Positions 46,901 to 58,900 of a stretch of 63,885 bases of DNA are shown here, piece by piece. The DNA lies in the NCBI RefSeq assembly GCF_016433145.1, contig NC_058131.1, positions 160,041,522 through 160,105,406 of the forward strand, read 5' to 3'. Made by a program: the position numbers and the translations under genes. This DNA comes from Gracilinanus agilis. Taxonomy: Eukaryota. Numbering within the stretch: the first letter of the stretch is position 1; each line of letters opens with the position of its first letter. A model generated the notes under the pieces. That model searched no databases and was not told where the DNA came from. It saw only the letters and a program-made list of their open reading frames with translations.

Positions 46901-49900
46901 AACAATACTGCTCCCTCCGTTTTGGTTTTCTAATGCTATATTTACAGGTCCCTGGCTTCAAATGTTTTCCTTATAAGACCGTACATGTTCCATAAGCTGT
47001 GGTTGGAACTCTGTTTAGATCTGGACTGTACTTCTATTACTACCTAGATTTTCTTTTCACAAGCAAGCTGCTTCACTAGCTTATTTTTAGGGAGTGAGGA
47101 AGAAAGCTGTAACAGAAGCAGTTTGCCACAGCAACCTTACAACTCAGAAGAGATGCAGCTGAAGTGGGAGTCTGAGGAAAACACTTACCGACAGACCAGT
47201 TCCCCATCCATAGCATCCTGTTCATCTGTGCTCGCAAATGAAACACGGCCACCAATCACTGCACCAATAATATAAACTAGCCATGTTAGCCGTCCTGCAA
47301 TGGAAAGAAGCAATGTTAATATCACTCTTTCAAAGACCAGGGTCAAGAAGAAATTCCCAACCAGATACTTTCCTCTGGCTACCATATGACTTTAAACAAA
47401 TGACCTTGGGAACCAATGTACTGCACCCCCCTCCCCGTACTGTGTTTTAGGAACTTAATAGATAGCCTTGCTTAGTCAAATGAGATTTATTTTCTATATT
47501 TGTCATTTTTGTACAGGGAAAAGGAAGAGACAATTTATACACAACCAAGTCATTCAAAGGAATACAAAGTTTCCTTGGAGTAAAAAAAAAAAAAAAGCCT
47601 ATTTCATGAGTAGTAGTTTCCCCCTCATTTCCCACATTGCCATGGCTCAAGTTCCTCTTAAAGACCCTTCTGAAGAAAGAAGAAAAGTCCTGACTGAATG
47701 CCCAATCCCATTAAAAGCCATTTAGCCAGTTTGATAGGTCCTTGCTTTGGAGCACTTACCTTCCTGCACTGCAATATCCATAGGACTTGCACTGGCACTC
47801 TGGAGCAGCTCCTGGTATGACTGGGCTGACTGATCAAATAGCTGGACAAGGAGTGCACATGTCTTCTCATACTCACAGCGGCCAATTGTAGATAGTTGGT
47901 CCAATTGCTGTTGGACTAGGCCTGTATCATCCAGGGGGTCTTCAAGACCATCTCTGTACTCAAATAAAGAGGGAAGATAGCCCAGATACTGTCAGTTCTC
48001 TACCTGTAACCAACTTTTCTTCACTTTGAGGTCTTAATGGTTAAAACACATTTTATCTGTCTGTATACAAAGCAGAAAAGTGGGGACAAGGCAAATAGCC
48101 TCTGCTCTGGGAATAGGTTCACTTATTGCAGTATCCCCCCCCAACAGATTCTTATTTATCTTTTTTTCAACATCATCAAAATTTCTCTTAGTAGGTCTCT
48201 GGTTCCCCAACCAGGCAGTCTATATAGCAAATAACTTTTTTAAAGGGAAAAAAAAAAAAAAAAAAAAAAAAGGAAGAGGAACACCACTCTCAACAAAAAA
48301 CTGAAAAAGTTGGTAAACATATTAAATGCTCCACACTCATGGACCTTTTCTCTTTGCAAAGGTGTGGGGTAGAAATATCACATCTCTCATCTTTACTGTC
48401 ATGTAGTATCAAAATAACGGCTTGACTTTTTACTCTTGTCTGCTTACCTTAGTTCCTGCTTCTATAAAAATGAAGTTGGACTAGATTATTTTTAAGGTTC
48501 TTTCAGCTCTGAGATTGTGACTAGGATTCTGCTGACCTCTGGAATAGGAGACTTTTGGTCCACAGTCACAATAAACCCTCACTTACTGGGTTCCTATCTT
48601 TAATCTCTCAATTCTGACTTTTCAGTTAATCTGACTACCCCATATGGTACCAACCCCTGAAGGGAAATAAAATAGGAAGGTTCTCTCAGATGAAGAATAA
48701 TTTCATTTTATAATATGTCATTCTGATAGGGTCTGAAACTTTGTTGACCTTAGCCATGGCTTAATCTCCTGACTAAGAAGTCAAACATCCAGAGTTAGTC
48801 AAACATCCAGAGTTATAGGGCCCATTTGTCAATGTAGTAAGTGACATCTGCTTAGCTTTTTGATGTTTTTCAGTGATACTGAAGTTAGAGGTGGTATTAG
48901 ATTTTGTGTGAGGAAATAAAGCTCTTATCTTAAAACACTTAGACCTTTAGGGGATCAATATTCAATATCTATATTGTGCATATTATGTATTTTTATATCA
49001 TCTTTGCCCTGCAAATGTAGAGAACTTGTACAGGATTACTATTAATGCCTTCTGTTTTCATAGATAGTGCTGAAACTAGTAAAAAGGATAAAAAAGTAGC
49101 AGATTAATGAAGAATAGCCTCCCTCTCAAAATTCATGTCATATGCCATTTTTGTTTCATTTTTTTTAACAGAGGAAAAATAATCTTTAGTTGTATTAGTC
49201 ATATCTATGGCTTCAAGCACCTTCAAAAGTTTTTTTTGAACATAGTAGACCTCAGGTAACAGTGACATAAAGGTTCTGAGGAGGATAATCAGGGTGACCA
49301 AGTTCCCTTACCTTAGGATGATATGCACAGACTCCAAGCGTGATGTGATATAGGCTTTGGTAACTTCAGGGGTATAAGTTTCCAGCATGTGTGGTTCTGT
49401 GGCTTTGACATAGGGTACAGAGGCAGCCAGTCGCTGCCACAGGCTCAGGAGATAGTGCACGCTATTTGGAGCAAATTCCCAGTGCTAAGAAGAATCAAAA
49501 TGTGGAGGATTTATTTTTACTTTTAATAAAATAGATTGGCCACTTGTTACTGGACTATAACAAAGGGAATATAGGGTATTTAAAAAGGGTGCCTTTTCCC
49601 AAGCTTTGCTTTCTTTGTAGCATATTTAATAATTCCATTCATTTCAACAAAAAGGCATTGTGTGGGGGTAATGGGGATCCAAAAATAAAAAACCAGCAGT
49701 TTTTGCCCTCAAAAAAATTTATAACCAACACAATAGGGATTATGAGCATACTTTTAGAAAACTAAACAATGACAACAGATAGTCTATAGCTTTCTACTTC
49801 TCACTCTTTCAGGTGACAAACTGAGGGGTTTGGGGCTCTTCTTAGTGTTCCCTAATGTCCCACAATTGTGATCCATCTTTCACTCGTCTTCAATCTCTCC

Positions 49901-52900
49901 CTGACCACATGATGCTCCCTTACTGTCCAGAAACATGTCCACGTGTCCTTCATCTTTAAAAAAACAACAACAAAAAACTTAACTGATGCCCATTCCCATT
50001 AGCAATCTTCCTAAATATCTCTTTCCTTTCACAGTTAAACTTCTTGAAAAGACCATATATAGTAGTAATTCTACTTACTTTCATCTAATGCTCTTCTTAA
50101 CTCTACAGTCTGGTTTCTCTGATCTCATCACTTAATTGAAATGGCTCTCTCCAAACTTACTCTTAATTGCTAAATCCAAAGGCCTTTTCTCAGTCTTCAT
50201 TCTTCTTGACCTCTCTGAAGCCTGACACTGTTAATCACCCTCATCTCCTTCATATTCTCCTCACTGGCTTTTCCTTCTCAGTCTCCTTCACTAGATCCTC
50301 ATCTAGAACTTGTTCAATAACTGGGTGAGGTGGGTGTCCCCTAGAGCTGTCTTAAGTCCTTTTCTCTTCTATACTATGTCAGCTGGTGATCATTTGTTCC
50401 CATGGATTCAATTATTATCTCTATGTTAATGATTCTCAAATCTACTTATCAAGACTTAATTGCTCTCCTGACTTCTAGGCTCACATCTCCAATTTCCCAT
50501 TAGAACTCTTTGAACTGTATGTCCCACAGACATCTCAAACCCAACATTGCCAAAACTTCAATTCATTTATTGTTTTCCTCAAATCCTCCCCTTTGATTGT
50601 TTAGGGAACTACCATTCTCTCAGCCAATCAGTCTCCAAATTTAGGTAGTGCCATCTCCAACTACTTAAGTCATAATATCCAGTTAGTTGTCAAGTTCTGT
50701 CATTTCTACCCTTCCCAACACCTCTTGTTTCTGTCCTCTTCTCTTCCTTGACATTACCAAGCCCTCATTACATTGTACCTGAACTACTGAAGTAGCCCAC
50801 CTGAAGTCTCTTCCCATTCAAGTCTATTCTCTACTCAGTTATCAAAGTAATCTTCCTACAATTCCACACAGACTACATTATGATTATACTCAATCGACTT
50901 CAGTGGCTCCCTGTCAACCCCCCACCTCCACCCCACATAATCATATATAAACTCTTCTGTTTGACTTTTTAAAAGCCTTTCATTAACCTGGACCCTTCCT
51001 ACCTTTCCAGTCTTTTTATACCTTATTCCTTTCTATGTAGGCTTTTCCATGATCTGGTCACACTGGCCTTCAGTTTATCCTGCATATATCATTTCCCCAG
51101 TTGTCTGCCCGTGCCTACCATATTAGAATGTAAATTCCTTGAAATGGTTGCTTTTTTCTTTCTTTGTATCCTCAGTGCTCAGCATAGTGCCTAGTACATA
51201 GTAGATACTTAATAAATACTCACTGACTAAAATGGTTGTGGGCAAGCTTATTCAATTAGAAAGTTCTCAATTCAACTCCTCTAGTTCTTTGTACCATAAG
51301 ACTAGGCATGAAACATTAAAAACCTATCCAAAATTAATTTGGGGTTGAGGGGGAAGAAGGTGGAAGCTATGTGGTTTTATTATTTTGTCAGTTTTTATAA
51401 TAAGTCTCTCTCCCACCCCAACTTAATTTGCTATACTAAGCATCTTAAGTGAGTTATGAAGGTAGTAAAATAATGTAGTTAATTTTAGAAAAGGTTATTA
51501 CTTAGCCTAAGTCCTTCCTCAAAAGAAGGTTTCTTGGGTTAGTAACATACCCTTGCCTCCATATCTCCACTTAAGACAAACTTCTTAATTAATGACTTGC
51601 AGAGATGATGTGGGAAAATAAAATTTTAATACACTGTGTTCTGATAAAAATCATTATTTTACTTCAAGTTAATGTAGTAGGATAAAAATGTTTTTTTGGG
51701 GGGAGAAATTTACAATGGAAATTATGAATTTAATGAAATTACTGACTGAACATGGAAAGTTACATATATCTTTTAGGAATATATTATTCAAAGTGAAGTA
51801 AAATTGGATAAATTAAGGCTCCAACAGTGTTAAGAGGCAACAAAGAACATTACTGATTCAAATTTTTTTAACTGACAGGTAAGGCATAATAAAATAAGCA
51901 TTAATAATTTAAAAATTGATGTAGGAAAGCTCTATAAGAAAGGAACAACTACTAAGATAACAGATGCCACTCAATTTGGTCAGTCTTCTTTTTTTTTTTT
52001 TAAACCAAGGCAGAAGAGTGTTAAGGGTAAGCAATGGGGGTCAGGTGACTTGCCCAGGGTCACACAGCTAGGAAGTGTCTAAGGCCACATTTGAACCTAG
52101 GACCTCCCATCTCTAGGCCTGACTTTGGTCAGTTTTGACTGGAGAACACAACAGGAATAGAAATCCTGGTTTTTAGTTCATGAAAATGATTCCCTTGTTT
52201 ATCTAAGTTTATTTTTGGTCTTTTCCCCTCAGTTTCCTCTTCCTTCTCTCTGACTGGAAGGCTAGATGGCAAAGTACCAAACCAAAATTTTCCCAGCATC
52301 TTCCTTAATATTGCAGGCAGAAAATGGGCTTTTTGGCTTATAGCAATCTACATATGCTGCTCTGCATGGTCTCAACTCCACAGAACAAGATAACCTGGAC
52401 CCCCTTTCCTGCCTCCTTTTGTGTGTTGTTGTCTTCCCCCATTAGATGGTAAGATTCTTAAAAGGAAGGAACTTTCTTTTTATTAATTTTATCTCTAGCA
52501 CTCAGCACAATGCCTAACATAGAGTAGGTGTTTAATAAATGTTTACAAAATTGGATGGTCTAGAAATACTTTATGAAATCTACTGTCTTACGCAATATTT
52601 TAATTACTTTTACAATTTTAATTTTTATATTGATATTTTACTTTACCAAGTACATGTAATAACAATATTTCATTCTAAAATAAGCTTTGAGAAGTTATAT
52701 GCTCCAAATTGTTTACTTTCCTCTACTCAGAGCTGTTAAGTAATTTGATCTGAGTTATACATAATATTTTTAGAAACAATTTTTAAAATTATGTTTCAAT
52801 ACCCATGTAGTAGCTCTAAATTATTTTTTAGTGAGGAATAATATGGTCAAAATTTGGATATCTTCAATCTCTTGTTTCACTTAATACCTCTCCCCTCCCC

Positions 52901-55900
52901 CATAAACTGAAATTACTTGTGTGTCTTTTATTTTCTCTGCTTATTCTCTGGAAATACTACCAGGAAATGAAGCATAAATGAAAATGAAGAAAATGAAATG
53001 CCTATAAATAACCATCAAACTGGATCATCAGGTCCTGAAAAACAAATTGGCTGAAACTTCCAAATCAATCACAGTTGTGAGGGGACATTAACCGAGTCTT
53101 TGAGTGGATATAGAAAAAGAGGATGCTATTTCTACAAAATCAGCTGGAGGAGAGGACATCCTAGACAGGGAGAAAGGAAAGGAATTTAATCCAAAGCAAA
53201 CCTGTAAGCTTGTCACTGTGAAGTTGGCTATTAATCGGATGACCTCAGGGTAGTTTTCCACCTTTACCAATTCTCCCAATTGGTAGTTACTTTTCAATCT
53301 GGCCAGAAGTCTGCAAAACTCATGGTAATTATTTGGGTCTGACAAACTCTAAAGGGAGGAAAGAAGGAAAAGAAAGTTCTGAGTGTCATGTACTTCACTT
53401 ACTTGTAATATCACAGAGTAATGTGGGTTTTTTTTGAGGACTTTCATATTAATTACAGTGATTCCTCGCCTATTGCAGGAGTTACGTTCCAGAGACGACC
53501 TGCCCCCAGCCCATGATAGATGGAAATTTGCAAAGTAGCCAGAGAGCAAACAGACCAATGCTACAGTCACTGAGCCAATCAATGCCCAGGATACAGAACA
53601 TGGTGCTGTGGTGGTTGCCTTTGTGCAAGTGGTAGTGGTATACTGCATTTCCATATTGTGTACAGTATGGTATTCATCTGCAGAATCCCTCGATACAGGG
53701 AAAACTCCGTGATCCAGAATTATATATATATATATATATATATAGCATCTATCACAAGTTTTTTTAAAATATATACATATTTTTATATATACATATTTAA
53801 AAAAAACTTGTGATAGATGCTATATAGCAAGGGATGACTATATATCAATAATCACCAGGCAGTTCTTAATAGCTTCATTTTATAGCTTCGGAAAACTTGA
53901 TGCATTTAAATTGAGGTTAGGTGACTTGTCTAAAAATTATAATGATTACTGACATATTAGAGAGAAAAGACAATTTCTCTGGGTCACAAAACATAAATTT
54001 ACATATCTATTAAGTCGAGTACTGAATATAGCAAACATCTTGGTACAAAGTTATAACAATGTTTCATTCACAAGATGATGAACAGAGCTTGGTAAATTCT
54101 TTTACTATCTCCTTCCAGCACAAGTACTACTTAAAGTAGATTAGGACCAGAGAAAAAGTGTAATTGAAAGCAAGTAAATAATAGCAATAATAGCAGTATG
54201 GTACAGTAGAAAGGGACTAGAGTCAGGAGAGGCCTGGGTAAAAAATAGGCTTAAATCCTGCCTGACTTCTAAGGATCTCTTAACCTTTTTAAGTCTTAGT
54301 TTCTTCATCTGTAAAAGAAGGTTGATAAAAGCAGTAAAATTTACTATACAAGGTAAATAAAGTAACAGTAAGGACTAAATATGAGATATTTGTAAGGAAT
54401 TCTGCAGATCTGAAGGCACTATAAAGTCATCCACAGTATAAAATTACATATATGAGATTATTATGCTAATAATCACAATTTGGGCTAAAATGTTTCCTTC
54501 CTTTAAAATCTAATACAATAATTTAGTAGAATAATCAGTGATCCATTACCTCCCCCAACTCACAGAGTAAGAGGACCCAAGCATATGTATAATTTGGAAG
54601 CAAACATACTTGAAAGTCGTCAAATGTAAAACCTGGTTTACAACATTCCTGAGTGCAGTCTGAACCAAATGAAAATGTAATTGGGAAATACTTAAAATAA
54701 ATAAGAATATAAAACCCAAAAACGTTAATTTGTTGTTTTTTCAGCCAACAGGCAATCCATAAGGATTCTTATTTATTCATTTGTTTGTATATTTTTAAGC
54801 CCTTACCTTCCACAGGTCAATCCTGTGTATTGGCTCCAAGGCAAAAGAGTGGTAAGGGTAGGCAATGGGGGTCAAGTGACTTGCCCAGGGTCACACAGCT
54901 GGGAAGTGTCTGAAGCCAGTTTTGAACCTAGGACCTCTGTCTCTAGGTCTGGCTCTCAATCCACTGAGTTACCCAGCTGCCCCCCATAAGGATTCTTATA
55001 TATAGTTAAGTGGCCCCATTTCTAAGTTTGACATCACTGCACTGAAGAGTTTGAGATTCTTTCTTTTCTAGTCCATTGCCAAATGTTGCTTACCCTGATT
55101 TCTTTCACACATGTGGGAATATGCTAATGTGCATGGCTGATTCTCTACATGTATCACAAAAGTTAAGTCCTACACTCTCACCTGTGGATTTTCCAGTATT
55201 CGCTTAACACCATCAACAAGATGAGAGAGGAACTTTGCCCTTTCTGCATTATTAAACAGGGACCTGCGGACTGAAGCAATTTGTACTAAACAGGATAGGA
55301 CCTAAAAACCAAAACAAAAAAAATTAATCAGAAAAACACTGAAAAACAGTATAACTGGTTATCTTACCCCAATACTCCCAAATTTAAGAAGTCTTCTTCA
55401 CCTCTTATGATAGCATCTGTTTTATACCTCATTGGGCTCTCTAATTGTAAAGGTATAGAAAGATCAAGGAATGTATAACTCAGGGCATCTGGGCAGTTTT
55501 ATTATGAAGTAAAAACATTAGAACCAAGTTGATCATAGCTGCTAATTAGATTCACTGTTCTCTGACCAGTTTAATGGTTCTTCTTGTTCTTGCCAACATG
55601 CATATTTAATGCTTTAAAACTTCAAGCAATTAATAGCTTAATTGCTTTAGGTTTCTGCTTAATGGCCTATGTTTTTCTTTTTTAGCAAACCTTTTTGTAC
55701 TTCATCAGCCTTAGCTAAGTTTGACTGTAAAGAAATGTCCGTAAAAAAGCGTATCATTTATCTACCTGCACTAAGTTAACGTTTCTGCTACGGGCATAGA
55801 TTTTCTGTGACCTGGAAAGGCATTAAGCTATCTTGAAAAGTACTCTATTGTAGAAACAATGAAAAATAGTCATTATTTCATTATACAACTCTTTTTTGCT

Positions 55901-58900
55901 ATTTGGTATCTGTGTGTGGACAAACAGAACTTTAGAACATAAAGGACTCTTTGATTTAAGGATTGATCTAAAAAGACAACATGCCATTTACGAGCAGCTC
56001 CCATATAGTATCTTGGGTAGGAATCCAAATTTTGCCTCACACTACACCTTTCACTTATTATTTCTGTAACGTGTGCCTGAAGGAATTATTCTAATTTTTA
56101 ATAGTTTAACTATTTAGGATGAGGTACTTTTCTTCATGGGAATCTGAAGTATAGTCTAAACTCACATTTATTAATGGCACTTGAAAAACCAGATCATCTT
56201 CTGTGTCTGGTTGATAAGACTCAACATACTAATTCAAACTTGGACTAAAATAAGGTTATTCAAACCTTTTTAACAAATATTCATTCTCAATAGGGTTTAT
56301 CCTGGTATATCTATATCACTTTGAAGCAAATGTCTTGCAAAGATTTTTTTTTTTTTTTAAAATAAGGCTCTTTCATCAATGCTGAATATACCATTACTTT
56401 TAGGGGACTGTAGTCCTGACTCACCAGAGGTGAAAATGAAGGAGGGATGGAATGATATAGGTCAAAAAACAGCTGCAAGGTAGAAGAATCTAAGAATGCT
56501 GAAACAAAGAGAAAAAAGCATTTTAATGGGTGTGACTGCATCATTATTTGCTGGAATACTTTTGGCAACATGTCCAAGTGAATATACCCTTATACTTACT
56601 GGGGATATAAAGAGATAGAGGTCAGAACTGTTTACTCCTATAGAAAGTGTTTTCTTTATCATTACAAAGCCAAATTTGACCTCTTGTTTCTCAATTCCCT
56701 TAAGAAATAGTCAAATTTATGATACTATAGGAACAAAGGGAAAGAATTTTCCTATATTCAGAAATACGAATAGGTAAGGATTTTAAGAAAGACATACAGA
56801 ATCATGAATGAGAAACCCAAATCCCCAAGGTGATTAATGTGGAAGGTTAGTTAAAAACCTGTACAATAGTCATTCCCTAAAGGAATCTTAAAGGGGAATA
56901 CATACAAAGTTTTCCTTTTCCTGAGCCATTTCTAACTTCTTTCTGCTATATTTCTTTCTCTTTCTTTGTGAGAAGCTACAATTCTGAATTCCCCCCTTAA
57001 ATTTTAATAAGGATTTCTAAAGAAGATGGTACTTGGATAGTTTTATTAGTACTGTGTTTCAGAAACAGATCCATTTCAGGTGATGAGATTGTTTTCCAGT
57101 TCTCTGATTGTTACCTGATCTCCAACTAGTGGGAATTTGTACTGTGCACAGGTCATCTGAGGACTCATCTGTTGATGTGCCGATAAAATCAAAGTTTAGG
57201 CAGTTATGGGTGAGTTTGAGAAGTTGCATGAGCAAACCATGTTGACTTTCATCATTCAAATTCAGGTTTTTTCCTGAAGCCTGTAAAGATCAGGAGATTT
57301 TAAATACACAAAGAAAACAAGAACTACCTCCATAGAATAGAGAAAAAAGCAGTTGAGATAGAATGAATATTCCCATTTTAACAGATTAAAGTTATTTCCC
57401 CACAGAGAGTGGATAAGCGATCATCTACTTTTATGCAAATACTTGGCAAAGTACCCTTTTATGGATTGCTAATTCTATTGGTTAAAGTAAGGGGAGAAAA
57501 GGAAGAGCAAGATGAATTCAGGAAATACAAGTAATGTCAATGCTAGAAAATAATGGCCCAGCAGCCAAAAGCTCTGGTTCCTTATCTACCATTTGAATAA
57601 CAGGCAGATGTTGCCACAAGGGGAAGGGGTGGGGGGAATTTTCCATGTTTGGTAAATCATTTCTTTCTTATAAGTACGGGCATCCTTAATCAACCATTGC
57701 AGAAAAGGGAGTGTTGGACAACATTAAATCAAGTTAGAATACAGATTTGCTTTTTAAAAAGACTGCCAAACTCCTAACATTGTAAACTAGCTTTTTGTGC
57801 TACAGACAACAAACAAGAGGAATTCTGAATCACAGTGTGATACCAAGTGAATTCATTTGTAGACCAAAGGCTAGTTGGCTCCTGGGAGGTCTCATATTGG
57901 GGATAGAGTTGTAAATATGTCTCAAACTTTTTTTTCTCAGTTTATATGCACATCTTTTTCTGTTAAGGAAAACACAAAAACAATTTTACCAACATCTGTG
58001 AGAAAGTTTTGAGTTCTAGATATGTAGCTAGAGGTACATGGTAACTAGAGCTCATGAGGGCAATAGTGTCCATACAGCATAGCCACTGCTTCAGCTAATT
58101 ATAGTTGAGGTTATCAGAGGAGCACATATGTTTTGACACTTTTTTCCAAGGTATAATGGATGCCTCTCTTTGATAAAGAAAAAATAATGTGGGATAAAAG
58201 CCTTTTTTTGGGGGGGGGAAGGGGGAGTTATATGACCTGAGAATGCTCTGGGAATATGGAAACTGTGGAAATAACTTATGAAAAAGGACACAAGAGAAAG
58301 AATCCTGATTTGCTTCTAAAAAACTGGGGCATCTTGGGAAATAAGAACAAATGACAAAATTTAACAGAAAACCAGAGGCTAAGCTATATCCTTAGCCATG
58401 TCATGCAGTTCCCCAAATTTCATTTAGCTTTTGACAAGTGATAAAAAGTACTCAAATGGAATCAGAGATGTACACAGGCAACATTTCTCTTTAGTTCAAT
58501 TACATCAATAATACAACTTTTAATCAATCAACTTCTTCATTTCAAAAAAGTTAATTCTCCTTACGTGGTATTAGATACCCCTCACTTAGTAAATTTGAGT
58601 GGAAGTTAAAAAAAAAATTCTAAAACTTCTCTTTCTTACAGATCTGCCTGTTATCTACTGTACTTTACTTAGTGGAGGATATCAAACTAGCCTAGTTTCT
58701 GTGTATTAACACAGTACACAGCTTAGAGGACCTTTTACTGTTCCCTGAGTACAAGGAAGCTAAGTATTATAAAAGTATTGTGCTTACTCTTCCTAGATGT
58801 AGGTTTTATTTAGTTTTTAAAATAAGTGCTTTAAGAGGTAGTACACATTTTTAATCCCTGCTATTGGAAGAGAGGATGACACTAGTAGAACTCTTGAGCT

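Noticed and set aside
57844-57973. Perfect U12 branch motif TTTTCCTTAAC in XPO7 intron 6 with a possible cryptic exon
   Set aside because: The motif directly abuts the AG (too close for U12 spacing), and the only nearby donor (GTATCAC) fits neither class well.
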